Shown piece after piece: positions 1 through 10,340 of a stretch of 64,000 nt of DNA; position 1 is the stretch's first letter; the number at the start of each line of letters is the position of its first letter. The stretch covers positions 64,001 through 128,000 of IMG/VR virus record IMGVR_UViG_3300001528_000621. One strand, written 5' to 3'. Under the pieces are notes generated by a model. It had not been told where the DNA came from, made no database searches, and saw only the letters and a list, made by a program, of their open reading frames with translations. This stretch comes from a virus. Taxonomy: Duplodnaviria; Caudoviricetes. Made by a program: the position numbers and the translations under genes.

Positions 1-291
1 GAAGCGTTTTTAAACTCATTTCAGGAACAGCTTGAACTTTTGAGTGCAAAAATGCTTGACTATGGTACTGGAAATATGAAAGCTGGTACTAACTTAGAAA
101 CAAAAGAGGATATTCGATTTGCTCTTGAAGGTGTGTGGTTTAGGTTGAATGATAAGGTTTCTCGTTGGAAGAATTTACTTAGACTTAATTCAGATCCATA
201 TAACGAAAGTCTGTATGACACCTTTATGGACATCGCTAACTATGCGATTATTGCAAAATTGATATCTAGAGGACTTTGGAAAGATAATTGA
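1..291 (+). CDS. DUF1599 / nucleotide-modification-associated domain protein (probably 5' partial)
   Basis: DYG..N, RLNDK..R, ES..DT..DIANYAII motifs; frame open from window start. Confidence 0.7.
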   Translation, partial: EAFLNSFQEQLELLSAKMLDYGTGNMKAGTNLETKEDIRFALEGVWFRLNDKVSRWKNLLRLNSDPYNESLYDTFMDIANYAIIAKLISRGLWKDN

Positions 292-1214
292 TGGGGAAAA
301 AGATACCTGAAAAAGTAAAGGAAATACAGGATTTCAAACTAAAACAAGAGGCTGGCTCTAAAAGCATAAGCTTTAGCCAGCTTTCTGTTTACTTGAATTG
401 TCCGAAATGCTGGGAAAGAGCATACCTAAGGAAAGAGCAAGTTTACCAACCAAGTATTCATACTTGCTTTGGTTCAGCCTTTCACGAAGTTTTACAGAAT
501 TGGCTTGGAGTTCTTTATAACGATACAGCTAAAGCAGCTGACAGTTGTCAATTAGATCAGCAACTTTTAGACTCAATAAAGACTCACTATGTAGTTGAGA
601 GAGCTAAAATTAAGCAAGATTTCTCAGACAGTGCAACACTTACTGAGTTTTATGAAGACGGTGTTGCTATTCTCGACTACATAAAAAAGCATAGGAGAGC
701 ATTGTTTCCTAGCAATAAAACAACCTGGCTTGTGGGTTGTGAAATTCCGATATATACAAAGTTAAGAGAAAAATTCTTCTTTAAAGGGTTTATTGATATC
801 TTGACCTATGAAGAGGATAGGGGTGTGTGGAAAATTTGGGATATAAAGACTTCAACAAGAGGATGGTCTGCAGAGAAGACAGACTTTGTTAAGACATCTC
901 AGGTCCTACTCTATAAAGAGTTCTTACACCGTCAATTCAATATACCGTTGGAGAAGATTGAGGTAGAATACTTCATAGTCAAACGTAAGATTATAGAGGA
1001 TGCAGAATTTGCAGCAATGCGTAAGAGAGTTCAGGAATTTGTGCCAAATGACGGACCTAGAATTCATAAGAAAGTTGTAGGGCAGGTAGAATCGTTCTTA
1101 GCAGAAGCTCTTGATATTGAAGGAGAATATGTAGATAAGGACTATCCAAAAAACCCTTCAGAAAAAAACTGCAAATGGTGCTTGTTTAAAGATACCTGTA
1201 GGACCCATGTATAG
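288..1214 (+). CDS. PD-(D/E)XK (RecB/Cas4-like) exonuclease
   Basis: SFSQL..Y..CP, GFIDIL, WDIKTS, C-terminal CKWC...C. Confidence 0.85.
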   Translation: MMGKKIPEKVKEIQDFKLKQEAGSKSISFSQLSVYLNCPKCWERAYLRKEQVYQPSIHTCFGSAFHEVLQNWLGVLYNDTAKAADSCQLDQQLLDSIKTHYVVERAKIKQDFSDSATLTEFYEDGVAILDYIKKHRRALFPSNKTTWLVGCEIPIYTKLREKFFFKGFIDILTYEEDRGVWKIWDIKTSTRGWSAEKTDFVKTSQVLLYKEFLHRQFNIPLEKIEVEYFIVKRKIIEDAEFAAMRKRVQEFVPNDGPRIHKKVVGQVESFLAEALDIEGEYVDKDYPKNPSEKNCKWCLFKDTCRTHV

Positions 1215-1275
1215 TCCTTGTAATCTCAAATAAAGTAACTATCTTTATATTATAAAAATTAGATAAAACAATTAT

Positions 1276-2724
1276 ATGTCAAATCTTAAAAAAGGATATG
1301 TGGAACCTGGATCTCGGAAAAAGATACTACTTCTATCTGATGATCTCAGGTTTCCATCCGGGGTTGGTACAATTAGTAAGGAGATAGTTCTAGGAACTTG
1401 TCACAAATATAACTGGGTACAGCTAGCAGCTGGAATAAACCACCCTGATCGAGGTAAAATTATAGATCTTAGTGAATCTGCTTCTAAAGATACAGGTGTA
1501 CCGGATCCTAATATTAAGCTTTTACCTTCGGATGGATACGGTAATCCAATACTTCTTCGACAAGTAATAGCTTCAGAAAAGCCAGACGCTATTATGATTT
1601 TTACAGATCCTAGATACTGGGTTTGGCTATTCAGTATGGAAAGGGAGATTAGGAGTCATATTCCTATCATATACCTAAACATTTGGGACGATCTTCCATA
1701 TCCAATGTATAACAAAAGCTACTACAGGTCTTGTGACGGTTTGTTTGGAATAAGTAAGCAGACAGTTAACATAAATCGAGTAGTTCTTGGAGATGAAGCT
1801 AATGAACATACAATTAAGTATCTTCCTCACGGAGTAAGTTCTCAGTTTAAACCTCTTTCTAAAGACGATCCGGAACTGAAGTCTTTTGTGGACAGCACAT
1901 TCGGAAATAATAAACCAGAGTTTACTCTTTTTTACAATGCTCGAAATTTAGGTAGAAAGAGAACATCAGACATCATCTTAGCTTGGAGTGAGTTCTGTAA
2001 GCAGATACCAAAAGAGAAAGCAGATAGATGTCTTTTGTATCTACATACGGATCTGGTGGACAATGCAGGTACAGACCTCGGAGCTGTAATTCGGGCTTTT
2101 TGCGATCCTAACTACTGTCACGTTCATGTAGACCAGAATAGATATGACACTAAGACTTTGAACCTACTCTACAATATGAGCGATGGAGTCATTTTGATAT
2201 CTTCAGCAGAAGGATGGGGTTTGTCTGCTACTGAAGCTCTCAGGACCGGAAAAATGATCATAGGTTCAGTAACAGGGGGTATTCAGGATCAGATGAGATT
2301 TGAAGATGAGAATGGAAATTGGATTGACTTCAATAAAGACTTTCCATCTAACCATACAGGTCTCTACAAAAAGCACGGAAACTGGTGTATTCCTATATAC
2401 CCGAACAACAGAGCTCTTGTAGGATCACCTCAGACTCCGTATATTTTCGACGATAGGGTATCGGTAGAGGATACCGTAGAAGCTATTCTTAAGCTTTATC
2501 AGATGCCTAAAGAGGATCGAGAAAAGTTTGGAGCTGAAGGAGAAAAATGGGCTACTTCTGATGAAGCCGGGTTTACTTCTGAAAAAATGTCCGAAAGGTT
2601 TATTGAAGCTACAGACGAGGTGCTTGAAAGATTTAAACCTAGAGCTAAATATGAGTTCATTAAGGTTGATACAGAAAGACCTTCTACTAAAGTTGACTAC
2701 AATCCAGTATATTATAGAAAATAA
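1276..2724 (+). CDS. GT-B glycosyltransferase (GT4-like)
   Basis: SGVG N-terminal loop, PHGV, RN.GRK, EGWGLSATEA. Confidence 0.85.
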   Translation: MSNLKKGYVEPGSRKKILLLSDDLRFPSGVGTISKEIVLGTCHKYNWVQLAAGINHPDRGKIIDLSESASKDTGVPDPNIKLLPSDGYGNPILLRQVIASEKPDAIMIFTDPRYWVWLFSMEREIRSHIPIIYLNIWDDLPYPMYNKSYYRSCDGLFGISKQTVNINRVVLGDEANEHTIKYLPHGVSSQFKPLSKDDPELKSFVDSTFGNNKPEFTLFYNARNLGRKRTSDIILAWSEFCKQIPKEKADRCLLYLHTDLVDNAGTDLGAVIRAFCDPNYCHVHVDQNRYDTKTLNLLYNMSDGVILISSAEGWGLSATEALRTGKMIIGSVTGGIQDQMRFEDENGNWIDFNKDFPSNHTGLYKKHGNWCIPIYPNNRALVGSPQTPYIFDDRVSVEDTVEAILKLYQMPKEDREKFGAEGEKWATSDEAGFTSEKMSERFIEATDEVLERFKPRAKYEFIKVDTERPSTKVDYNPVYYRK

Positions 2725-3983
2725 TGAGTAAGATAATTTGTTATATATCAGCTCCAGTTGATTCTTACAGTGGGTACGGACGTAGAGCTCTTGACCTTGT
2801 AGAACAGTTAATGATCATAAAGCCAGATTGGGATATCAGAATTCTTTCTCAGAGATGGGGAGATACCAGAATGGGATATCTTGAAGATCATGAGAAATGG
2901 GAGATCATTAGTAAGCTTGTACCTAACATAACAACAAAGCCAGATGTTTGGATTCAGGTTACAGTTCCGAACGAATTTCAGGCTGTAGGAAGATTTAACA
3001 TAGGCATAACAGCAGCTATAGAGACAACGCTTTGTGACGTAAGCTGGGTTGAGGGATGCAACAGGATGGATCTGGTCTTGACATCATCAGAACACGGAAA
3101 ACATTCTCTCATAGATACAAGATACATAAACAACAATACCGGCCAGGAAATCAAGGTGACAACGCCGGTAGAAGTTCTGTTTGAAGGAATAGATACGGAA
3201 ATCTTCTATAAGAAAGACGTACCGGAAAAGACAGAGGTTTTAGCTGGATTGAAGAATTCCTGGAACTTTATTTGTGTAGGACACTGGCTACAGGGTGTTT
3301 TTGGAGAAGATAGGAAAAATGTTGGATATACTCTAAAAGCGTTTCTAGAAGCATTTAAGGACACCGAAGGGCAGGTGCCGGGAATAATTCTAAAGACCTC
3401 TTCAGCTACAACGTCGTACATGGATCAGGAATCAATTCTCAACAAGATCTATGACATTGTAGAGTCTGTTCAGTATAAGAAGGGTATACCAAACATCTAT
3501 TTGCTTCATGGAGATCTGACAGAAAAGCAAATGAATGACGTTTATAATGATCCTAGAGTAAAGGCTATGGTTCTTTATACAAAAGGAGAAGGTTATGGAC
3601 GACCGTTCGCAGAATTTGCTACTATCGGAAAGCCGGTACTTACATCCGGTTGGTCTGGACACCGAGATTTCTTGGATGAAAAGATGACACCTATGATCGG
3701 TGGAACACTACAGAAGGTACATCCATCAGCTGTACAGCCGCATATGATTTTAGCAGAAGCATCTTGGTTTAAGCCGGATGATTCTCAAGCAGTTGCAGGT
3801 TGTCGAGAAGTATTCAAAAACTATACGTCTTGGTTGAAGAAAGCTGAAAGACAAGGGATGTCTCTATCTGTTATTAAGAACGTAGGAGCTATGGGAGATA
3901 GGCTGAACGATATTCTTACTGAATATGTACCGAAATTTCCAGAAAATGTCCATTTGAATCTACCAGAAGAACTATTAATTTAA
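2724..3983 (+). CDS. GT-B glycosyltransferase (GT4-like)
   Basis: SGYG, RKN, GEGYGRPFAEF, SGHRDF. Confidence 0.85.
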   Translation: MSKIICYISAPVDSYSGYGRRALDLVEQLMIIKPDWDIRILSQRWGDTRMGYLEDHEKWEIISKLVPNITTKPDVWIQVTVPNEFQAVGRFNIGITAAIETTLCDVSWVEGCNRMDLVLTSSEHGKHSLIDTRYINNNTGQEIKVTTPVEVLFEGIDTEIFYKKDVPEKTEVLAGLKNSWNFICVGHWLQGVFGEDRKNVGYTLKAFLEAFKDTEGQVPGIILKTSSATTSYMDQESILNKIYDIVESVQYKKGIPNIYLLHGDLTEKQMNDVYNDPRVKAMVLYTKGEGYGRPFAEFATIGKPVLTSGWSGHRDFLDEKMTPMIGGTLQKVHPSAVQPHMILAEASWFKPDDSQAVAGCREVFKNYTSWLKKAERQGMSLSVIKNVGAMGDRLNDILTEYVPKFPENVHLNLPEELLI

Positions 3984-3987
3984 GGAA

Positions 3988-4470
3988 ATGGAAGAAAAAT
4001 TTAACGAAACAGAACAAGAGGTTGTAAATTCATTTGTATGTTGTCCTCATTGCGGTAGCAGTCTTTGTTATCACCAAGATGAAGGTAATGGAGTAGAGTC
4101 GATGATATGTATGCAGTGTGGCTTTACTACTACAAATCAAATGCTAGAAGGTTCTGAAACAGAGAAAGCAGTAACAGCCAAGCATCCAACTCTTTACAAG
4201 GACCTTAAATTTAAGGATGTTCATGGTTTTATTTGGTACCCATCTGTAATAACAATACCGGGGGTAGGAATGGTTTACATCGACGGTTCATCTTCGGAGA
4301 ACTGGGAATGGACTTCAACGCCGATGAGGTCTTTGACTAGAAAAGAAAGAAGGTCTGGTAAGTACGGGAAAGAGCAATATATAGCTGTACCTTCTCAAAC
4401 TAAGCATTTCGGTAAAGATGGGTTTGTTCAAGCTCTTAATTCTTTAGGATTTTTTGGATATGAAAATTAG
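3988..4470 (+). CDS. hypothetical protein with N-terminal zinc ribbon
   Basis: CPHC...CMQC; tightly packed in operon. Confidence 0.7.
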   Translation: MEEKFNETEQEVVNSFVCCPHCGSSLCYHQDEGNGVESMICMQCGFTTTNQMLEGSETEKAVTAKHPTLYKDLKFKDVHGFIWYPSVITIPGVGMVYIDGSSSENWEWTSTPMRSLTRKERRSGKYGKEQYIAVPSQTKHFGKDGFVQALNSLGFFGYEN

Positions 4471-5116
4471 TTATGCTATAACAGTGTGTAACGAAGTTGA
4501 AGAGTTTAAAAGACTCTTTAACTTTCTTACATCAAACCAGTACTCTGTTCTAAAGGCTGGTGATGAAATTGTAGTTCTCGTAGATACTCCAAAACTTACA
4601 GCAGAATTGCAGATATTCTTGACATCTATTAAAGAAACTAAAAATGTTAAAGTTGTCTTTGATCAGGAAGGGTTTCAAGGGGATTTTGCTGCTTGGAAGA
4701 ATAAGCTGAACAAAGCTTGTAGCGGGGAGTTTATCTATCAGATCGATGCTGACGAGTACCCTAGTTTATCAACACTACAATATATTCATCAGGTTTTGGA
4801 CAAAAATCCAGATATAGAGCTTTTTGTTGTACCTAGAAGAAATACTGTAGAAGGACTAACTCAAGAGGACACACAAAATTGGAACTGGAAGGTTGAAGAG
4901 AAGGATGGACAGCAGCTTGTAAACTGGCCGGACTGGCAGTTCAGAATTTACAGGAACAACAGCTCTATTGTGTGGAAAGGTAAGGTGCATGAAAGGCCCG
5001 TAAACTACGAAAAGTTTGGATTCTTTCCAGATATGATGTGTCTTTATCATCCTAAGACTATCGAAAAGCAGCGTATGCAGAATCAGCTTTATTCTGAAAT
5101 TCAAAATGTACAGTAA
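4454..5116 (+). CDS. GT-A glycosyltransferase (GT2)
   Basis: ISYAITVCNE, IDADE, W.GKVHE. Confidence 0.85.
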   Translation: MDMKISYAITVCNEVEEFKRLFNFLTSNQYSVLKAGDEIVVLVDTPKLTAELQIFLTSIKETKNVKVVFDQEGFQGDFAAWKNKLNKACSGEFIYQIDADEYPSLSTLQYIHQVLDKNPDIELFVVPRRNTVEGLTQEDTQNWNWKVEEKDGQQLVNWPDWQFRIYRNNSSIVWKGKVHERPVNYEKFGFFPDMMCLYHPKTIEKQRMQNQLYSEIQNVQ

Positions 5117-6293
5117 TATCACAGCAGTTACAGCTTTCTACGGTCAATATGAAATGACCAGAGATTTTCTGTTAGAATTTAAAGAACGGTTTCCTAACAT
5201 AAAACTGGTTGCAGGAATGCTAGGAAACTCTTCTGAATTTCAGCAGAAAATTATGGATGAGTTCGGAAAGGAATCTCAGTTTACTTTTGTCACTGGAAAG
5301 AGAGACAAGAGAGTGTCTTTCTCAAAAAACTGGGATTCAGCTATAAACGAGGTACAAACAGAGCTTTTTGTGTTCATCCACAACGATATGTACATTCACC
5401 GGGATTTCTTTAAAGTCCTAGAAGAAAGACTTTATCGTCTTGGACCTAAAGCATTTACTCTCTACACAACGGTGGAACCTTTAGAAGTTGGAGGAATGCC
5501 TCGACCTGGAAAGCTCTTAGCCCCTTTTGGTCAAATAAGAGAAGAATTTAAGGAAGAAAAGTTTAATGCTTTTGCTGAAAAAGCTATAAAGCAGGGAGAC
5601 ATAGAAAGCCCTGGATACGGATTCTATTTAGCAGGGTATCTTAAATCTCTACAAGACACAGGAGGCTTCGATTACAAGACCTTCAATCCAGCTTTCTGTG
5701 AAGATGATGACCTCATACTTCGAATCAAGACTAGAGGGTACGGTATCGTTCTATCAAGGCAAGCTCTTGTGTATCATTTTGGATCTAAATCTAGCAGAAA
5801 GAAGGCAGGAGATCAGATGTCAGATAGTGAGATAGAATCTAATAGGAGGTTTGCTGCTAAGTGGGGAATGGAAGCTAGATACCTGTGGGAATGTGGGTAT
5901 GAAAGTGAAGACCAGATCTCGATAGGAGTAGAGACAGTGGTGTTCAGAGCAGAAGATTTTTTGACAGAATGGGAAGCTTACTGTATTGAACCTCTAATCG
6001 ATTGCTTTATGCAACTACCTTCTACATTCAAGTCAGAAACTTTTACTTACTTTTTAGAGAGAGGTAAGATTAATAGTGAATTTGCACCAGATATCGAAAT
6101 AGAACAAGTAGGTCCGTCTGACATTAATAATCTCCTATACCTTTTTGGTCATCTCAGGTATGGACATAAAAACTTAAAAGTAGGAAGTAAGGCCCAGATA
6201 GGACCCTACATAGTTACAATTCACAGTTTACGGGAACAAGATAGAGTAGACAATACAGACTATTTATCTTTGCTTAAATCTAAGGAGTTATGA
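5106..6293 (+). CDS. GT-A glycosyltransferase (GT2)
   Basis: FIHND, GGFD, EDDDL..R, VYHF. Confidence 0.8.
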   Translation: MYSNITAVTAFYGQYEMTRDFLLEFKERFPNIKLVAGMLGNSSEFQQKIMDEFGKESQFTFVTGKRDKRVSFSKNWDSAINEVQTELFVFIHNDMYIHRDFFKVLEERLYRLGPKAFTLYTTVEPLEVGGMPRPGKLLAPFGQIREEFKEEKFNAFAEKAIKQGDIESPGYGFYLAGYLKSLQDTGGFDYKTFNPAFCEDDDLILRIKTRGYGIVLSRQALVYHFGSKSSRKKAGDQMSDSEIESNRRFAAKWGMEARYLWECGYESEDQISIGVETVVFRAEDFLTEWEAYCIEPLIDCFMQLPSTFKSETFTYFLERGKINSEFAPDIEIEQVGPSDINNLLYLFGHLRYGHKNLKVGSKAQIGPYIVTIHSLREQDRVDNTDYLSLLKSKEL

Positions 6294-6691
6294 CAGTTAA
6301 AATGCTAGAAGAGACCATTAAGCAGGTAATTGTAGAGGCTACAAAAATACGTTTCGGGAAGTACAACTTCATTCTTAAGGTAGATACTAATGAAGATCCT
6401 AAAAAGAAAGGAGTAAAGATTCAATTCATTCCCACTGAGTTCGGTCAAATAAACTTTACAACCCAGAACGATATAGCTATTGAGTTGGAAAGTAGGCTTG
6501 AAAAAGGACTTGAACAGTTTGGACTTCGAGTAGAACGAGATAGAGGACTTAAGGATAAGACAATTATTGGATTTTTTATTTACGTAGAATATTTCGATCG
6601 GCTCATTAGAAAAGCTCTAGAAGGGCAGAATCCATCTAAAGTTTCGGTTGAACCTAAATCAACAGAAGAGAATGGAAACGAAGAGCTTTAA
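6290..6691 (+). CDS. hypothetical protein
   Basis: ORF overlapping upstream stop; CTATTTA upstream. Confidence 0.7.
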   Translation: MTVKMLEETIKQVIVEATKIRFGKYNFILKVDTNEDPKKKGVKIQFIPTEFGQINFTTQNDIAIELESRLEKGLEQFGLRVERDRGLKDKTIIGFFIYVEYFDRLIRKALEGQNPSKVSVEPKSTEENGNEEL

Positions 6692-6869
6692 AGTATGTGT
6701 CTTATGCGCAACAGATCGAATACGGGAACTTAGACAAGATTGTGAAAAGCATAGGGTGCCTGAACATATCCAAGACGGTTACGAAGATATTATAGACAAA
6801 CTACTAGGTCTTCTCGGAATTACAGAAAAGCAAAAAGAACTTTTTTGGACTTTAACAGATCCTGAATAA
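6672..6869 (+). CDS. hypothetical protein
   Basis: ATG in A-rich context; hairpin/T-run follows. Confidence 0.5.
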   Translation: METKSFKVCVLCATDRIRELRQDCEKHRVPEHIQDGYEDIIDKLLGLLGITEKQKELFWTLTDPE

Positions 6870-6905
6870 TTTCTCAGGATCTTTTTTTATCTTTAGCTTA
6901 CTAAA

Positions 6906-7340
6906 ATGAAAACAACAGGTATGATGAAAGAAGCGTTAGAAATGGTAAGATGCCCAAAGTGTGGTAAGCTTTTTCCAAAAGGTCGTAAAATGTTGGGATA
7001 CAATTATTGTATAGATTGTACTCCTCAAAGTATGATTAGGCCCGTAATAGAGGGACAGCTGGACGGAGAAGATGTTGTAACAACAGTAAGGCTTGTATCC
7101 CAACAGGAATATAATGCTATTCAGAGAAGCAAGAACGTAGCATATGGAGGACTTAGTGTAGATCCTGATATTGAGGAAGCACCGGATCTCTCAACATTTG
7201 AGCAGCAGGACGAAGAGATAAGACAGCTTAGTCCAGCAGATAGAGAAGCTGCATTACAGGCTGCAGAGAATGAACATCAAGGTATGAGTGAAAATGCTAT
7301 GGATGAACTAGAGCGGATGTCATACGAAAAAGATTTCTAA
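6906..7340 (+). CDS. hypothetical zinc-finger protein
   Basis: CPKC...CIDC; TATCTTTAG promoter motif at ~6888. Confidence 0.7.
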   Translation: MKTTGMMKEALEMVRCPKCGKLFPKGRKMLGYNYCIDCTPQSMIRPVIEGQLDGEDVVTTVRLVSQQEYNAIQRSKNVAYGGLSVDPDIEEAPDLSTFEQQDEEIRQLSPADREAALQAAENEHQGMSENAMDELERMSYEKDF

Positions 7341-8023
7341 TGAAAGGAGTGGTAGGAAGGCCAGCAAAGGTGCTGATGCGAGAAGACATAGAACGTGCAA
7401 TGAGGGTAACTCTGTCTAACAGGGCAGCAGCAAGGTACCTGCACGTTTCTTATCCTCTTTATAGGCAGTATGCGAAGCTTTTTAAGGACGAAAACGGTAT
7501 TACTCTTTTCGAAAAGCATAAAAATCCTAGTGGAAAAGGAATACCCAAATTTGCAACATCCTTTACATCTACTGGAAAAAAGAGCCGATTTCACAAAAAA
7601 GAACCACCCATTGCTGATATATTAGCAGGAAGAGTTTCAGCTGCACATTTTAATCCTCAGCAACTTAAGTATAAGCTCATCTCTTTAGGTCTTCTTGAAC
7701 CCAAATGTAGCAGGTGCGGGTATGATAAAGCTAGAATATTGGATGGAAGATCTCCTCTAATTCTACAGCATAAAGACGGAAATTCAAACAATTGGAATCT
7801 TGACAACCTTGAATTTGTCTGCTATAATTGTGCGTTTCTAGAAGGACCAAACTCAGCTGTAACAGATAAGATGGTAATAAATGCTGAAGACGGTGTTGAA
7901 AGAAATGGAGCTAAACTTGATGAAACGTACGAACTTGACGATTACCAGAGACAATTCTTAAGTGAACTGTTTAATGATGAACCAAAAGAAAGACCAGGAG
8001 AAGAGTACATCTCTAGATTCTAA
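7340..8023 (+). CDS. HNH endonuclease domain protein with N-terminal HTH-like region
   Basis: CSRC...HKDGNSNNWNLDNLEFVCYNC. Confidence 0.8.
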   Translation: MKGVVGRPAKVLMREDIERAMRVTLSNRAAARYLHVSYPLYRQYAKLFKDENGITLFEKHKNPSGKGIPKFATSFTSTGKKSRFHKKEPPIADILAGRVSAAHFNPQQLKYKLISLGLLEPKCSRCGYDKARILDGRSPLILQHKDGNSNNWNLDNLEFVCYNCAFLEGPNSAVTDKMVINAEDGVERNGAKLDETYELDDYQRQFLSELFNDEPKERPGEEYISRF

Positions 8024-8288
8024 GAAGATACCGAGATGGTTACAAGGAACTATATCGCCGGGACGAAGAGAGCTTGAAATAGACTACATCGAAGGAGACG
8101 GGACAGCAAAGAATATAACTAAGGGAGGAGTACCATTCAGGTGGAAAGTGTTCAAAAGAACACAGAGACGCATAGCTGAAATAGAAGAGCTTCATGAGTG
8201 GATTGAAAAGAAGCATGAAAACTCGTCAGGAAGTACAGAAGCTTATCTAGATAGTCTAGAAAAGACTTTAAACTCTATGGTAGAATAA
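7962..8288 (+). CDS. hypothetical protein
   Basis: ORF track; start uncertain. Confidence 0.55.
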   Translation: MNCLMMNQKKDQEKSTSLDSKKIPRWLQGTISPGRRELEIDYIEGDGTAKNITKGGVPFRWKVFKRTQRRIAEIEELHEWIEKKHENSSGSTEAYLDSLEKTLNSMVE

Positions 8289-8351
8289 AGGAGCTTAAAG
8301 GGAGATCAAAGAAAAGAATTATCTTTATATTTGATATTAAAACAGAGATTT

Positions 8352-8567
8352 ATGCAATTTTTACTAGTATATTTCGTTATCGGCTGTTTTGTAGGTTTGC
8401 TTGTAGAACTTACATGGCCTGATATAAGCCCTAATGAACCTTTAACGTTTGGAAGCAGACTTGTAGCTGTTTTCGGGTGGCCAGTAATCATAGTGATAAC
8501 TATCGGGTTTTTACTTTATACAGAGGACGGTGATGACAATAACCAACACTTAGGAGGAGCATATTAA
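8352..8567 (+). CDS. small membrane protein
   Basis: two hydrophobic segments. Confidence 0.6.
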   Translation: MQFLLVYFVIGCFVGLLVELTWPDISPNEPLTFGSRLVAVFGWPVIIVITIGFLLYTEDGDDNNQHLGGAY

Positions 8568-8568
8568 T

Positions 8569-9210
8569 ATGAGAAAACTACACATAGACTTAAAAGGAGA
8601 TCAGAAGCTGTTCTTTACTAGTGATTTACATGTAGGACATAAAAATGTTCTTAAGTTTTGTAATAGGCCTTTTCTAGATATCAAAGATATGTCTGCAGGT
8701 CTTATTGCAAACTGGAACAGTGTTGTAAGAGACTATGACATTGTGTTTGATCTCGGTGATATGTTCTGGTTTGATAGTCGTCATGAAGTTAGGAAATTTG
8801 TAAGCAAGTTGAATGGACGTATCTACAAAGTACCAGGCAATCATGATATGGATAGCAAAAAGCTCTTTGAACTTTGTGATCCAGGAAAAGTTGAGGTTTT
8901 AGACGATATTAATACTCTCTGGGTTACAGGACTTCTAGAAGGTAAGAAGTCTCTGGAGATTGTAGTGTGTCATTATCCTTTAGCAACATTTCCGCATTTT
9001 GAACATGCAATTCAGCTTTTTGGTCACATTCACAGCGGACCGTTGTCGGACAACGAAGTAGATATACCTGGAAAAGATTTGATCCTTAAAGAAGGAAAGC
9101 AGTACGACGTAGGTGTAGACAACAACGACTACCGTCCTGTAGAAATTCGAGAGATACTTAAAAAGCTTAACAAACCTGTGTACAATTTTGGAGTATCAGA
9201 AGATTTTTAG
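8569..9210 (+). CDS. calcineurin-like metallophosphoesterase
   Basis: SDLH, LGD, GNHD, HYP, GHIH, DVGVD. Confidence 0.9.
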   Translation: MRKLHIDLKGDQKLFFTSDLHVGHKNVLKFCNRPFLDIKDMSAGLIANWNSVVRDYDIVFDLGDMFWFDSRHEVRKFVSKLNGRIYKVPGNHDMDSKKLFELCDPGKVEVLDDINTLWVTGLLEGKKSLEIVVCHYPLATFPHFEHAIQLFGHIHSGPLSDNEVDIPGKDLILKEGKQYDVGVDNNDYRPVEIREILKKLNKPVYNFGVSEDF

Positions 9211-9242
9211 ATATTAAATCTTGAAGAAAATTAATAAAGTGT

Positions 9243-9746
9243 ATGGAAAAGTTAAGATACATCAGTACGCAGTTTAGAAAGAAAATCGTAGAAGCCTACA
9301 TTAAGGAATTTAATGTTCCGGTAGCTAGTGATAAAGAAGAAGCAGATGTAGAGGCTTTCTTGTTTGGTGATGATTTTAACCGTAGGCTGATTGATGTAGC
9401 TTTTGACCGGGCTGACCTAGAGGTAGACAGAGATAAGTATCAGCAACACTCTGACGAATACTTTAGAGACGTTGTAAGAGAGCTGCCTCAGTATCGGCCC
9501 ACGACCGTAATTACTTCATTGGACGGTCCTTGGACTGTAGACAGTAGCGACGACGTTAAAGTTGACCAGGTTAATTGGAATCTTCCGGACTTAATTTCAG
9601 TTCCTCTTGATAAGAAACAGTTAATCTATATAGGTGCTATGATTTTTTTAGCTACAAGAGGAGGAGTAATGGATCAGTCGGACGTAGCAAGAGCTTTTAC
9701 AGTGTCGTCAGATATCTACAAGAAGTTTGTAGAATCAGAAAATTAG
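9243..9746 (+). CDS. hypothetical protein
   Basis: 167-aa ORF. Confidence 0.7.
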   Translation: MEKLRYISTQFRKKIVEAYIKEFNVPVASDKEEADVEAFLFGDDFNRRLIDVAFDRADLEVDRDKYQQHSDEYFRDVVRELPQYRPTTVITSLDGPWTVDSSDDVKVDQVNWNLPDLISVPLDKKQLIYIGAMIFLATRGGVMDQSDVARAFTVSSDIYKKFVESEN

Positions 9747-9956
9747 ATATCTTTAGGATATTAGGTTTTTAGAAAATAGAGCCTATTTAATAACGTATAT
9801 TCACGATAGCTATGAAACAGAGTAATGATCTACATATTGACTTCAATCAGCCCGCAACAGCAGCGAAAGGTTGTGTGAAGTTTTATGCATCACTCTGGAC
9901 AGATAGACTAACGCCGTAGGTTTGGACGCTCTTTTTGGTTGTTTTCATTATATCTC

Positions 9957-9990
9957 ACCTCGGCACTAGAAATAGAGTCGAGGTTTTTTA
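9957..9990 (+). terminator. intrinsic terminator before the tRNA array
   Basis: ACCTCGGC...GTCGAGGT stem followed by a T-run. Confidence 0.65.
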
Positions 9991-10053
9991 ATAAAAGTTT
10001 TTGATTAAGCAAGAAAAGCTATTATCTTTAGCTTGTTGAAGAAAAATAGATAG

Positions 10054-10125
10054 GCCTTCTTAGTATAAAGGTCATTACAGCTGATTTGTAATCAGTTAAT
10101 GTCGGTTCGATTCCGGCAGAAGGCT
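10054..10125 (+). tRNA. tRNA-Thr(TGT)
   Basis: cloverleaf; GCTGA-TTTGTAA-TCAGT. Confidence 0.9.
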
Positions 10126-10252
10126 CAAAAAAAAAATAAAAATTATTTTTGATCAAGCAAGAAAAGTTACTATCTTTAGCTTATTAAGAATGGTAGATCA
10201 TTGATAAGTTTGAAAAACACTTACTACGGAATTGAGAAAGGAAGTAGTACAC

Positions 10253-10325
10253 GGACCCGTAGCTCTAATGGTAGAGCGGAGGCCTGAAGAGCCTCGCGTT
10301 GGTGGTTCGAGTCCGCCCGGGTCCA
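10253..10325 (+). tRNA. tRNA-Phe(GAA)
   Basis: GAGGC-CTGAAGA-GCCTC. Confidence 0.95.
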
Positions 10326-10340
10326 CAACTTTAGTAAAAA

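Noticed and set aside
288-1214. Cas4 as part of a CRISPR system
   Set aside because: Stand-alone phage PD-(D/E)XK exonuclease; no array or other cas genes nearby.
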